From Candidatus Latescibacterota bacterium (GTDB taxonomy: Bacteria; Latescibacterota; UBA2968; UBA8231), in the NCBI GenBank assembly GCA_965208105.1, contig OZ242318.1, positions 704,001 through 768,000 of the forward strand: DNA of 64,000 bases, read 5' to 3'. The notes under the pieces were generated by a model. It was not told the DNA's origin, did no database searches, and saw only the letters and a list, made by a program, of their open reading frames with translations. Positions 1 through 10,138 of the stretch are shown here, one piece after another. Both the position numbers and the translations under genes were made by a program. Positions within the stretch are counted from its first letter, which is position 1. Each line of letters starts with the position of its first letter.

Positions 1-1770
1 AACGGCCATCTCTTCCCGCAGTTGCTCGACCACCCGTCGGGACTGCGCTATCCCCAGCGCAACCTGCTCTATGCCAACGAGGGAGGCCGCTTCCGGTCGG
101 TCGGAGAATCGGCGGGACCTGGCCTGGCGGTGGAGAAAGTCAGCCGCGGCGGCGCCTTCGGAGACTACGACAACGACGGCGACGTCGACCTGCTGATCAC
201 CAACCTGAACGACACTCCCGACCTGCTGCGCAACGAGGGCGGCAACCACAACAACTGGGTCGGCCTGGACCTGGTGGGAACCAGCTGCAACCGCGACGCC
301 ATCGGCGCCCGGGTGCAGCTCTTTGCCGGCGGCCAGGTGCAGACGCGCGAGGTCAGACGCGCCTACGGCTACCAGTCCCAGCACGATCCCCGGCTCGTCT
401 TCGGACTGGGGAATCTGAAAGAAGTGGACCGGGTGGAGATCCGCTGGCCCGGCGGAGGGACCCAGACCCTGCGCAACCCTCCCCTGCGCCGCTATCTGGT
501 CGTGAAGGAAGCCAGCCCCGGCATCGCCGACAGCTACGCAGCCCGCGCCACCGCCCCCGGGTCCTCGGCGGCCTCGGCGCCGACAGGCCCCGAAAGGCCA
601 TTCTCAGGGGACCGGCCGAGCTATTCCGGAGACCCCTCGTGGACGGCGGAGGAATACTATCTCCAGGGAGAGAAATTCTACGGATCGGGGCGCTACGGGG
701 AGGCCATGGCCATGTTCGCCGAGGCAGTGCGGCTGCAGCCGGACCACTTCCAGGCCTACAGGGTGTGGGCGGCCACCCTGATCAAGGGTCTGGGAGATTA
801 CCAGGGAGCCATCGAGTTGCTGGAGCCGGTGGTCCGCAGGGACTCCACCCGCGCCGAGCTCTACGACCTGATGGCCATGGGCCACATGGGCCTGGATGAG
901 CCGGAGGAGGCGGTGGAGGCACTGGAGCGGGCCACCGCCCTGGACAGCACCGCGTGGAAATACCACAACCTCCTGGGAAGGGCATACCTGCGCAGCGGCG
1001 ACCTCGCCGCGGCCACCGCGTCCCTGGAACGGGCGGTCCGCATCGCCCCTTCCGCCACAGACCCCCACCTCCACCTCAGCCGGGTCCATGAGCGCCAGGG
1101 CCGCAGTCGGGAGGCGCAGCAGGAGCGCCACAGGTTCCAGACCCTGAAACGCGAACACAAGCAGCTCGAACCCTATCTGCGCAGGCTCGAAGAAGACCCG
1201 GACGACGAAGAAGCCCTCTACCTTCTCGCGGTGGGATACACCCGGCAGCGGCGCTACGAGGCCGCCCTGAAATGCTTCCAGCGGCTGGCCGAACTCACCC
1301 CCGGCCGCGGGATGGTCCACTACGGCCTAGGGGTTGCCTATCACAACCTGGGACGGTTCGAGGAGGCTATCCCGGCCTACAACCACGCCTATGGCCTCGA
1401 CAGCCGCCTGTCCCTGGTCTTCAACGACCTGGGGCGCGCCTACCAGCAGCTGGGGCGCCTGGACGAAGCCCTTGCCGCCTACCGCAGGCTCGTCCGGCTC
1501 AAACCCGATTTCGCCCTGGTCCGAAGCCATCTGGGCGAGGTATACGCCCTGCAGGGAAAGAAGCGGCAGGCCATTGAAGCCTACGAAGAAGCCCTGGCGC
1601 TGGATCCCACTCTGACCGAAAGCCGCGCGGCCCTGGCACGCCTCTACGCAGAGGCCGGACGCCTGCGGGAGGCAGTCGGGGAATGGAAGATCGTGGTGCA
1701 ACAGGACCCCGGCCATCCCACGGCGAAATCCGACCTGGAGCAGGCGCAGCAGCGTTTGTCCACCCGCTGA
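1..1770 (+). CDS. CRTAC1/FG-GAP + ASPIC/UnbV domain protein with C-terminal TPR repeats (5' truncated)
   Basis: GDYDNDGDVDL FG-GAP motif; ASPIC/UnbV segment (RDAIGARV...GYQSQ...FGLG...VEIRWP); multiple TPR repeats. The frame appears open to the window start. Confidence 0.85.
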   Translation, partial: NGHLFPQLLDHPSGLRYPQRNLLYANEGGRFRSVGESAGPGLAVEKVSRGGAFGDYDNDGDVDLLITNLNDTPDLLRNEGGNHNNWVGLDLVGTSCNRDAIGARVQLFAGGQVQTREVRRAYGYQSQHDPRLVFGLGNLKEVDRVEIRWPGGGTQTLRNPPLRRYLVVKEASPGIADSYAARATAPGSSAASAPTGPERPFSGDRPSYSGDPSWTAEEYYLQGEKFYGSGRYGEAMAMFAEAVRLQPDHFQAYRVWAATLIKGLGDYQGAIELLEPVVRRDSTRAELYDLMAMGHMGLDEPEEAVEALERATALDSTAWKYHNLLGRAYLRSGDLAAATASLERAVRIAPSATDPHLHLSRVHERQGRSREAQQERHRFQTLKREHKQLEPYLRRLEEDPDDEEALYLLAVGYTRQRRYEAALKCFQRLAELTPGRGMVHYGLGVAYHNLGRFEEAIPAYNHAYGLDSRLSLVFNDLGRAYQQLGRLDEALAAYRRLVRLKPDFALVRSHLGEVYALQGKKRQAIEAYEEALALDPTLTESRAALARLYAEAGRLREAVGEWKIVVQQDPGHPTAKSDLEQAQQRLSTR

Positions 1771-1883
1771 TAGGGGCCACGGCCTGCGGCCGCTCGAGCC
1801 GCCCTCGCACTCGACGGGCTGCCTCCAGCCAGCTATATTCTCAGGGAACCATGCAACGGGATTGAAAACGGACCGGCCTCATC

Positions 1884-2282
1884 GTGTTCCTCCGCCTCCT
1901 CCTGCTCTTCACCCTCGTGCCCCTGGTCGAGCTGGCCATCCTCATCCAGGTGGGGAAGTACGTCGGGGTCCTTCCAACTGTTGTCCTGGTCGCCGCCACG
2001 GGGGCCGCCGGCGCCGCGCTCGCCCGCCGCCAGGGCCTTCAGGCACTCGGCCGCCTGCAGCGGGCCCTGGCCTCGGGCTCCTTTCCGGGCAACGAGATCT
2101 TCAGCGCTGTCCTCATTCTGGCGGGAGGCCTGCTCCTGCTCACGCCGGGCCTGATCACCGACCTCGCCGGCCTGGCCTTCCTGGCTCCGGGAAGCCGCAA
2201 CCTCATCCAGTCCTGCCTGATGAAGGCCGTGCGCCGGCGCCTGGATTCCAGGGCGGTTCAGGCTCACTACAAATTCAATTGA
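1884..2282 (+). CDS. fxsA: FxsA family membrane protein
   Basis: LLFTLVPLVELAILIQVG...GGLLLLTPGLITD signature. Confidence 0.9.
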   Translation: MFLRLLLLFTLVPLVELAILIQVGKYVGVLPTVVLVAATGAAGAALARRQGLQALGRLQRALASGSFPGNEIFSAVLILAGGLLLLTPGLITDLAGLAFLAPGSRNLIQSCLMKAVRRRLDSRAVQAHYKFN

Positions 2283-2313
2283 GTGGGGTCAATACGGGCA
2301 GGGCGCCGGCCGC

Positions 2314-3879
2314 TCAGGCCGCTTTTTCGCGCAGCATCTCCACGACCCTGTCTCGTCCGAGAAGCTCGACGAAGGACCCAAAGCGGGGACCGCGCTCCTG
2401 TCCCAGCAGGACCTCGTAGAAGGTCCGAAACAGCTCTCTCGGCTCCACCGAAGCGGCGCGGGCAACCTCGAAGGGAATGGCCTGGAGCTCGGCTTCGCCC
2501 GCGTTCCCCGCGGAGGCCAGTCGATCCCGGATGCGGCCGAGCAACTCGCGCTCGCGGATGGTGGGGCTGCGGAACTTCTTGGTAGGCAGCACCAGGTCGC
2601 GATAGTAGTTGAGCCCCTTTTCAACGAGGTTCCGCACCACCTCGCGGTAATCGCCCGCCCTGCCGTCGTAGCGCTCCAGATAGTCCCGCAACAGGCCGGC
2701 CGAATCCGATCCCAGGGCGGCGATCAGATTGTTCACCATGGTGAAGTTCACCTGAGCGCCGTAGGCGGGCACGTTGCGGCCCCCCTGGAAGATGTGCCAC
2801 AGGTCCTGCTCGGGCCGGGCTTCCTCGTCCACCTGCGGAAACCGGCGCAGGGCCTCCAGGTAGTCGTCCACGGCCTTTGGCACCACGTCCCAGAAGAGCC
2901 GGCGCGCCCGCCTGGGATTCTGATAGAGGTAGTAGAGCAGGGACTCGATGGGCGCGTACTCCTTCCAAGCATCTACCGTCACCCCCATGCGGCCGGCGCT
3001 GCTTGCCAACCCGCGCCCTTCCTCGTCGAGAAAAAACTCGTAGCACAGGCCGACCGGCGGCTGCTTGCCCATCAGGCGCACGATGCGGGAGGACTGGCGC
3101 ACCGAGTCGACGAGGTCTTTGCCGTACATTTCATAATCGACCTCGTAGGAGTACCAGCGCAGGGCCCAATCGACTTTCCAGCCCACCTTGGCGTTGCCCC
3201 CCAGCACCGACCGCTCGCCGCTCTCGCCGCACCCGGTGTAGAGGCCGGCATCGAGGTCGCAGGTGAAGCTCACGGTGCCCCGGCCGGGGTGGTAAGCGGT
3301 AACCCGCGTGGCCATGATCGAACCACAGTTGGGGCAAATCGGAAAGAAGGGCGACCAGCGCTGGCGGTTTTGTTCCCGCAGGGTAGGCACGATGATCCGG
3401 CGGACTTCCTCGGCCTTGTCGAGGAGAATCGAAAGCCCTTCGTCGAAGTCGCCTCGCAGGTAGGCTGCACGCGAGCTCTGGAACTCGTAGTCGAAGCCGG
3501 ACGCGGCGAAAAACTCGCGCAGCCTGGCGTTCATGTGGTCGCTGAAACTCGCACAGGAACCAAAGGGATCTGGGACGGCGTGCAGGGGTTTGCCGAGGTG
3601 GGCTGCGAGCATGTCAGGATTCGGCAAGTTGCCGGGCACCTTGCGCAAGCCGTCCATGTCGTCGCTGAAGCAGAGCAGGCGGGTTTCCAGTCCTCCGTGG
3701 AGGTGCTCACAGGCGCGGCGCACCCAGGAGGTGCGGACGCCTTCGGAAAAGTGACCTAGATGGGGGAAGCCGCTGGGGCCGAATCCGGTCTCGAAAAGAA
3801 CGGGCCGGTCCCCCTTGGGGGAACGGCGTTTCAAAATCTGGGCGGCTTCCTCAAAGGGCCATGCCCGGTAGTTCCGCAC
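2314..3879 (-). CDS. lysS: Class I lysyl-tRNA synthetase (divergent KMSKS loop)
   Basis: AWPFEEA N-terminus, ETGFGPSGFPHLG, SDDMDGLRKVP, Zn knuckle CPNC..C..C, WKVDWALRW, GPRFGSF C-terminus. Confidence 0.88.
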   Translation of the reverse strand: MRNYRAWPFEEAAQILKRRSPKGDRPVLFETGFGPSGFPHLGHFSEGVRTSWVRRACEHLHGGLETRLLCFSDDMDGLRKVPGNLPNPDMLAAHLGKPLHAVPDPFGSCASFSDHMNARLREFFAASGFDYEFQSSRAAYLRGDFDEGLSILLDKAEEVRRIIVPTLREQNRQRWSPFFPICPNCGSIMATRVTAYHPGRGTVSFTCDLDAGLYTGCGESGERSVLGGNAKVGWKVDWALRWYSYEVDYEMYGKDLVDSVRQSSRIVRLMGKQPPVGLCYEFFLDEEGRGLASSAGRMGVTVDAWKEYAPIESLLYYLYQNPRRARRLFWDVVPKAVDDYLEALRRFPQVDEEARPEQDLWHIFQGGRNVPAYGAQVNFTMVNNLIAALGSDSAGLLRDYLERYDGRAGDYREVVRNLVEKGLNYYRDLVLPTKKFRSPTIRERELLGRIRDRLASAGNAGEAELQAIPFEVARAASVEPRELFRTFYEVLLGQERGPRFGSFVELLGRDRVVEMLREKAA

Positions 3880-4019
3880 GTCGCTTGCCTCGTAAAAATC
3901 GCCTGTGTTGTCCGAAGGGGCCGCAGTTACCGCTTCACCGGACTGCCGGCGTCCGGCGGGTCCCGCCCCCGGTCATGGGCGTCCTTCCCCCGGCGCCGCC
4001 GGCTCGCCGCAGCGAAAAA

Positions 4020-4238
4020 CTAGCGGTTGCGGAAGGTGATCCGCCCGCGGCTCAGATCGTAGGGGGAAAGGGCAACCGTGACCTGGTCCCCCGGCAGCAC
4101 GCGGATATAGTACTTGCGCATCTTGCCGGAAAGGTGGGCCAGGATCTGGTGGCCGTTTTCCATCTCCACTTTGAAATAGGCGTTGGGCAGGGCTTCCCTG
4201 ACCACTCCCTGGACCTCAATCGCTTCTTCCTTGGCCAT
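4020..4238 (-). CDS. infA: Translation initiation factor IF-1
   Basis: [11 protein letters not shown]...[16 protein letters not shown]...[13 protein letters not shown], 72 aa, GAGGAG RBS. Confidence 0.97.
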   Translation of the reverse strand: MAKEEAIEVQGVVREALPNAYFKVEMENGHQILAHLSGKMRKYYIRVLPGDQVTVALSPYDLSRGRITFRNR

Positions 4239-4290
4239 CTATCTCCTCTTTCGCGCAGGTGAGGTTCTTTGTGCCGAAAAACAGCCGCAC

Positions 4291-4340
4291 AAAAAAAGCG
4301 AGCAATCCCCTGAGAATAATTCCCAGAATGCCTGCTCGCT
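4291..4340 (-). terminator. Terminator-like hairpin + U-tract inside the infA 5' leader (possible attenuator)
   Basis: Minus strand AGCGAGCA...CTGGGAA-TTA-TTCTCAG...TGCTCGCT followed by TTTTTT. Confidence 0.55.
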
Positions 4341-4429
4341 CTCGATGCGCACGGAAATGGGAAGACCTCAGCGGTTCATGCCTATGCCCCTGAAGGGATT
4401 TCCTGTTATCAACACACGACTAGAAAAAA

Positions 4430-4458
4430 ATTTTAACTAATTGCAGCACAAAAGTCAA
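4430..4458 (-). promoter_or_regulatory. Sigma70-type promoter for infA
   Basis: Minus strand TTGACT-17 nt-TAAAAT in an AT-rich patch. Confidence 0.75.
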
Positions 4459-4486
4459 CGCTTTTAACCTGCAACTCAGACAGGAT

Positions 4487-5827
4487 CTAGGGGCCAAATT
4501 TCTGGATGCGGTTGTTGAATGTATCGGCGACGTAGATGTATCCCCTGTCATCGCGCCCGATGCCGCCTGCCACCACCTCGGCCTCTGTCGTCATGCTCGT
4601 TCTGAGACCCTGGATCACCGTGGCTCTTCCCGCAAAGCGGAACTGCCCGGCGCCCTCCCCGCCTTCGCCCCATGCGGTCAGGAACCCGCCCTCGCGGAAG
4701 ACTTCGATGCGGTCCGACCCGGCATTGACCACGAATACCCGGGGGCCCTCCGGATCCGCGACAAAATCGCTGGGACGCCGCAGCACGCCGCCGCCGCGGT
4801 CCCCCGAGAACAGGGGATCCCGCCCTATGGAGGAGGCAATTGTCCTGCGCTCCAGGTCTTCGTAGACGACCAGCTTGGGAGCGCGCCATCCTCCCTTCGC
4901 CAGGCTCAGAGGCTCGATCAAGGCGGCGAAGCGCCCTCTCCAGAAGCGCAGGCAGGAGACCAGTTGGGGCGGCGTCGTCGTCTGCTTCACCAGCTCTCCC
5001 TCCGGATCGAACTGGCGGACCTGGCCGATTCCCTCGATGAATATGCGTTCCCCCTCGATGGCGATATGGCGCGCGTACAGTCCCGGAAGGGGCCGTCGCC
5101 ACAACCTCTGTCCCGCCGGGTCGAACTTGGTCCAGAAAGCGCGCGGCGCCCCTCCGCCGGGTTGCAGCAGGTTGAAAACCAGGTGCAGGTTTCCGCTCTC
5201 GTCCAGAGCGAGGTCGGGACCATCCAGGGTACTGGTCTGCAGGCAGGCAAGGGAGTCGGGTGCGTACTCCCAGCTTCCCAGGGGAATCCCGCTGCGGTCG
5301 AAGCGCTCGACTCTGCCCGATCCGACCCCGGCGGCGAAGACCACCCCGCGGTCGCTTACGGCCAGGCAGGTGGGATGGAAGTTTCCTCCCTCCCCGCCCA
5401 CCTTCCACGAGTGCACGAACAGGTGGATTCCCCCCTCCACCGGGGAACTGGCGAGAGCCTGAAGGTCCTCACCGGTCCCGAAATGACTCAGAACCCGGAA
5501 GCGGTGGATGACACCCGACCTCAACCCCGGGACAACCAGGGTAGTGTCCTCGACCTCGGCGACGGTGTCTGTCCGGACCCAGGCATCGCCTTTTAAGTGC
5601 TGCACCTCGTAGTGCGAGAATCCCCGCTGCCAGACCCTGCCCCAACTCAGGTGTGCCGAGGCGGCGGCACTGTCGAAACGCACCTGCAGCTCCGGAGGAC
5701 CGGCGCTGTGCACGGATGGTCGGCGAGTGTCAATACGACCTGTACAGGACCACAGAAGGCAGATGATGACTCCGGCCCAAGCTCTTCGCATACCAGGGAG
5801 ACTAGCCCCGCCCGGAAGCTCTGTCAA
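4487..5827 (-). CDS. Putative lipoprotein with fibronectin-III-like and NHL/beta-propeller repeats
   Basis: LLWSC lipobox; FN3-like W..Y..L.SG..H.FRV; C-terminal GYIYVADTFNNRIQKF NHL motif. True start probably the ATG ~12 codons in. Confidence 0.65.
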   Translation of the reverse strand: MTELPGGASLPGMRRAWAGVIICLLWSCTGRIDTRRPSVHSAGPPELQVRFDSAAASAHLSWGRVWQRGFSHYEVQHLKGDAWVRTDTVAEVEDTTLVVPGLRSGVIHRFRVLSHFGTGEDLQALASSPVEGGIHLFVHSWKVGGEGGNFHPTCLAVSDRGVVFAAGVGSGRVERFDRSGIPLGSWEYAPDSLACLQTSTLDGPDLALDESGNLHLVFNLLQPGGGAPRAFWTKFDPAGQRLWRRPLPGLYARHIAIEGERIFIEGIGQVRQFDPEGELVKQTTTPPQLVSCLRFWRGRFAALIEPLSLAKGGWRAPKLVVYEDLERRTIASSIGRDPLFSGDRGGGVLRRPSDFVADPEGPRVFVVNAGSDRIEVFREGGFLTAWGEGGEGAGQFRFAGRATVIQGLRTSMTTEAEVVAGGIGRDDRGYIYVADTFNNRIQKFGP

Positions 5828-5944
5828 GAAGGATTGAACAGTGGATGAACGGGGCCGTTGAGATTAGATTAGGGGTCCCCCTCGTAAAATGCGCGAGTGG
5901 CGTCACGGTCCGATCATACCCAGGTTCCCCCTGATGAATCACCC

Positions 5945-7315
5945 ATGGCTGAAGACCCTGCCCTCATAGTCAGTATCTCGGGCATCCGCGGCATCGTCGA
6001 TCAATCCCTGAACCCCGAGGTAGTCAGGCGCTACGCAGCGGCCTTCGGCACCTGGCTGGGACCAGAAGCCGGGGTAGTACTGGCGCGCGATACGCGTCCC
6101 TCGGGAGAGGGATTGGGCCAGCAGGCCGCCAGTGCCCTGGTAGAGGCGGGCTGCGGTGTATTCGATCTCGGCGTCTGTCCGACCCCCAGCGCCAAGCTCA
6201 TGGTCACCGAGCTGCAGGCCGCGGGAGCCATCATCGTAACCGCCAGCCACAATCCGGCCCCCTGGAACGGACTCAAGCTCATCCGCTCCGACGGCATTTT
6301 TCTCAACGGGGAGCAGGGCCGCCAGGTCGAGGCAATCTTCAGCTCCGGCGCCTTCCGCCGCGGCGGCCGCGGCCGCATCCGCCAGGTGGACCGGTCCGAG
6401 ATCAGCCGCAGACACCTGCGGCGCCTCCTCGCGAGAATAGACGTGGAACCCATTCGCCGGGCCCGGCTCAAGGTCACCGTGGATCTGTGCAACGGCGCCG
6501 GAGCCGTGTCCATTCCTCCCCTGCTCGACCAACTGGGAGTGGAGGCCACCTATATCAACGCCGAGCCCGACGGCCTCTTCGCCCACGACCCCGAGCCCGT
6601 GCCCGCCAACCTCGGGCAACTGCGCAGCGCCATGCGGGCAGGGCGAAGCGCCGCGGGATTCGCCGTCGATCCTGACGCCGACCGCGTCGCCCTGGTGGGC
6701 GAAAGCGGCGAATCCATCGGCGAGGACTACACTCTGGCCCTGGCCGTCGACGCGGTGGCCTCGCGCCGTCCGGGTCCGGTGGTGACCACCCTGTCCACCT
6801 CCCAGGCGGTTTCCGACGCGGCCCGCGCCCACAGGTGTCCGGTGTTCCTCACCCCGGTGGGAGAAATCCACGTGGTCGAGAAGATGCTGGAGGAACGGGC
6901 GGTGGTGGGCGGTGAAGGCAACGGCGGCGTGATCCTGACCGAGGTTCACCCGGGGCGCGATGCGGCGCTAGGCGCGGCCATCGTCCTCGAAGCCCTTGCC
7001 CGCCGGGAACTGGCCTTGAGCGCGCTGGTGGCCAGCCTGCCGGCATATCATCTCGAGAAGAGGAAGATGACCTGCAGCCCGGCACAGCTCGAGCGCGCCA
7101 TAACCGCACTGCGCCAATCCCACAGGGGCGCCTTCGTCCACCCGGTGAAGGACGGGTCCAAGCTTTATTTGAAGGGGGAATTGGCCTGCCCCTGGATTCA
7201 CCTGCGGGCTTCGAACACCGAACCTGTGGTCCGCATCTGCGCCGAGAGCGAGAAGCTGGAGGAAGCCTCGGGACTGTGCGACGAAGTGGAAGCCCTGATC
7301 GGGGCAGCAGAATGA
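5945..7315 (+). CDS. glmM: Alpha-D-phosphohexomutase (phosphoglucosamine mutase/phosphomannomutase)
   Basis: SISGIRG, TASHNP phosphoserine loop, DPDADR metal loop, GEGNGG, RASNTEP. Confidence 0.75.
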   Translation: MAEDPALIVSISGIRGIVDQSLNPEVVRRYAAAFGTWLGPEAGVVLARDTRPSGEGLGQQAASALVEAGCGVFDLGVCPTPSAKLMVTELQAAGAIIVTASHNPAPWNGLKLIRSDGIFLNGEQGRQVEAIFSSGAFRRGGRGRIRQVDRSEISRRHLRRLLARIDVEPIRRARLKVTVDLCNGAGAVSIPPLLDQLGVEATYINAEPDGLFAHDPEPVPANLGQLRSAMRAGRSAAGFAVDPDADRVALVGESGESIGEDYTLALAVDAVASRRPGPVVTTLSTSQAVSDAARAHRCPVFLTPVGEIHVVEKMLEERAVVGGEGNGGVILTEVHPGRDAALGAAIVLEALARRELALSALVASLPAYHLEKRKMTCSPAQLERAITALRQSHRGAFVHPVKDGSKLYLKGELACPWIHLRASNTEPVVRICAESEKLEEASGLCDEVEALIGAAE

Positions 7316-7436
7316 TGCGGGAGGCTGTTTCAGCCCATTGGAGGTAAGGGAAGACGGCCGCCCGTAAGCTCTTCATGCCTTTCCCGCACAGGAAGAGCCG
7401 AGGTCGGAGGATGGGGGACCCCCTGGGCAGGTGGAT

Positions 7437-7832
7437 TCATCTGGATGAGACTGAACTCTGGATTCTCCTGGTCCGCTGCAGAAGGTGTCGCATCCCGGTT
7501 TCCTCCGCGCTCCCGGAGGACTCCGCGGACATGCCCGCCCGCTCCTCCACCAGCCTGGCCAGGCGATCCAGGCTCTCGTGGGCGTCGGGGCTGAGCATGC
7601 TTTTCTCCCGCAGGGTGCCCATCAACTCGGCCGCTATCTCCATGGCCGCCCACACCGCCAGGGTCGCCCGCGGGACGCGGCCCTTGTGCTTGGCGGAAAT
7701 CTCACTCATCTTCTGGTCCACGTAGGCGGCTACCTGCCTGATCTGGTCCTCGTCGCCTCCTTCGCTGGCGAATTGATATTCGTCGCCGAATATCTGCACG
7801 ATGACACCCTCTATGTGCCTTCTGCCGTTCAT
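7437..7832 (-). CDS. zapA: Cell division protein ZapA
   Basis: VQIFGDEY...IRQVAAYVDQKMSEI...LAVWAAMEIAAEL. Confidence 0.8.
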   Translation of the reverse strand: MNGRRHIEGVIVQIFGDEYQFASEGGDEDQIRQVAAYVDQKMSEISAKHKGRVPRATLAVWAAMEIAAELMGTLREKSMLSPDAHESLDRLARLVEERAGMSAESSGSAEETGMRHLLQRTRRIQSSVSSR

Positions 7833-8040
7833 CGAGGGGTAATCTACCTAGAGGGGAGGCCGAATGCAAGTTTTCCGGCGTCCCGCGCAGGCGGGACTCA
7901 GCGGCGGCCGCAAGGAAGGAAACCCTTCCCCCTGGGGCAACTGCACCAGGCCACCTGGCCCCGGGACTCCGTTGAACATCCCGCCCCGAGGACTTGCAGG
8001 CGGGCACCGGTGATTCCGGCTTCCTTACGAGGAGAAGAAG

Positions 8041-8925
8041 ATGGCAACCCATTGTCTCGTCGGCATCGTCACCATGGAGGCCGTTCCGTGGGAACTCGAG
8101 GAGAATTTCCGGCGCATGGAGGAGTACGTGCGCGAAGCGGTGCGGCGCCGGGCCAGGGTGGTGATCGCGCCGGAGTCGGTTCTCGACGGCTACGTGTACG
8201 GGGCCGACCCGGACGTCACCAGGGAGGGCATGCTGGAGATCGCCCAAACCATACCCGATGGTCCATACCTGGTCCGCGGCGGCGAACTCAGCAAGGAACT
8301 TGGCATCTACCTGGTCTTCGGTTTCCTCGAGCGCCACGGCGATGATTTGTTCAACTCCTGTGCCCTCTTCGACCCGCAGGGAAAGATCATCGCCAAGCAC
8401 AGCAAGGTCCACTCCGGCGGCGAGGCCTTCATCACCCCCGGCCGCGAGCTCAGACCTTTCGACACCCCCATCGGCCGCATCGGCTTCCTGATCTGCAAGG
8501 ACCGCGAAGTCCCGGACAATTTCAACATGCTGGCGGTGCAGAACGTGGACGCCGTCTTCATTCCCATGGACGGGGCCGGCGGTCCCCTCAACACCCGCAA
8601 GCTGGTGCAGCGCGCCCAGGACAACTGCTGCTGGATCATCGTTGCCAACACCTGGAGCGCCGTGGTCATCAGCCCCGGAGGAGAGATTCACCTGGAGAAG
8701 TACGAATCCGAGTGCGTCAGCGTCCAGCGGGCTGACCTCGCCAAGGCCCCCAGGGGCCCGGGACGCACCCGCTTCATGGAAAGGCGCTACGACCTCTACA
8801 CCACCCTCGCCCAATCCTACGAAGCGGAGAAATACTACGACGAGGACGGACGCACGACCTCGGTTGCCGAGGACTTCGGGGTCGAACACCGCAAGGAGCT
8901 TTTAAATCCTCCAGGCAGAGCCTGA
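8041..8925 (+). CDS. Carbon-nitrogen hydrolase (nitrilase superfamily)
   Basis: E-K-C triad: APE, HSKVH, LICKD. Confidence 0.85.
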   Translation: MATHCLVGIVTMEAVPWELEENFRRMEEYVREAVRRRARVVIAPESVLDGYVYGADPDVTREGMLEIAQTIPDGPYLVRGGELSKELGIYLVFGFLERHGDDLFNSCALFDPQGKIIAKHSKVHSGGEAFITPGRELRPFDTPIGRIGFLICKDREVPDNFNMLAVQNVDAVFIPMDGAGGPLNTRKLVQRAQDNCCWIIVANTWSAVVISPGGEIHLEKYESECVSVQRADLAKAPRGPGRTRFMERRYDLYTTLAQSYEAEKYYDEDGRTTSVAEDFGVEHRKELLNPPGRA

Positions 8926-9061
8926 CCGAAGGCCGGGCGCAAGCTACGGCGGCCCTCCACCGCTGCCGGCCTGAGAGCGCGGTTGACCAGGCAGCGGGGC
9001 TTCCTCCGCATCAAATTTTTACAGGTCCGCGGAATGCAGAACCTGCCCGGTCGAAGATACC

Positions 9062-10090
9062 ATGGCTGAAATCGGGGTTATTCTCGCCGGCGTCGGCGCC
9101 GTCGGCCAGAATCTGACCCGCCTTCTGAGCGCCCGGCCCGGCCTCCGCCTGGCAGCGGCCTATACCCGCAACCCACGGTTCGCCGGACGGGATCTGGGGT
9201 TACACTCGGGCGCCAGACCCATCGGAGTGGAGATCACCACAGACCGCGGCGCCGCCCTTGAGCAGGACGCAGACCTCCTGCTGGTGGCGACGACCTCCTT
9301 CCTGAAGGTGGTGGCCGGCGATCTGCGCGCCGGAATCGACCGCGGCCTCAACGCCATCACCACCGCCGAGGAGGCGTCCTTCCCGTGGCTGGTGGACGAG
9401 CACCTGGCCAACGAGCTGGATGGACGCGCCCGTGACCGCGGGGTTTCCATCCTCGGGGCCGGCCTCAATCCCGGGTTTGTCTTCGACGCTCTCCTGCTGA
9501 CCGCCAGCGGCATCGCCTGGGACGTGAGCCGCATTGGTCTGCGCAGGGTGGTGGACGTCTCCGGCTTCAGCGCAACCGTTCAGCGCCGCCTCGGGATAGG
9601 ATTCAGCAGGGAGGATTTCGAGGCCGGAGTGGAAGCCGGAACCATCCGCGGGCACATTGGCTTTCCCCAGAGTTTCAGCCTGGCCGCAAGGTGCCTGGGC
9701 CGCAGCCTGGAGCGCATCGACAAATCCTTCGAGCCCCTCATCGCCGACCATTCCTTGGGAAACGAGCGTCTCAGGGTCGAGACCGGTACCACCGGAGGCT
9801 TCGTGCAGCGCGTGTCCGGGTTTGGCGCGGGCCATCCCTGGATCGAGGCCGAGTTCATCGCCCACGTCGATCCTCCCGGGGTCGGCCTCGGGTCGCGGGA
9901 CTCCATTTCCATCGATGGACACAACCCCATCAATCTCAGCATCGATCCCGGCTGCAACCCGCAACTGGGCACCGCGGGCATGCTGGCCAACTGCATACCC
10001 CGCGTGGTCGAAGCACAGCCGGGGTTCATAACAGTGGCCGACCTGGGAATCCCCCATGCGCGCCCCACCCGCAGGGAGGGCTGGTTCTAG
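9062..10090 (+). CDS. 2,4-diaminopentanoate dehydrogenase / native amine dehydrogenase-like oxidoreductase
   Basis: GVGAVG Rossmann, ITTAEE, GLNPGF, GHIGFPQS, PRVVEAQPG. Confidence 0.7.
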   Translation: MAEIGVILAGVGAVGQNLTRLLSARPGLRLAAAYTRNPRFAGRDLGLHSGARPIGVEITTDRGAALEQDADLLLVATTSFLKVVAGDLRAGIDRGLNAITTAEEASFPWLVDEHLANELDGRARDRGVSILGAGLNPGFVFDALLLTASGIAWDVSRIGLRRVVDVSGFSATVQRRLGIGFSREDFEAGVEAGTIRGHIGFPQSFSLAARCLGRSLERIDKSFEPLIADHSLGNERLRVETGTTGGFVQRVSGFGAGHPWIEAEFIAHVDPPGVGLGSRDSISIDGHNPINLSIDPGCNPQLGTAGMLANCIPRVVEAQPGFITVADLGIPHARPTRREGWF

Positions 10091-10138
10091 CTTGAATCGC
10101 AGGTGCCGGAAGGCCTATCTTCATGGGAAAGGATCAGC

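Noticed and set aside
7316-7436. 6S RNA downstream of zapA
   Set aside because: Only ~120 nt available before the convergent gene, and no 6S-like end pairing or central bubble recognised.
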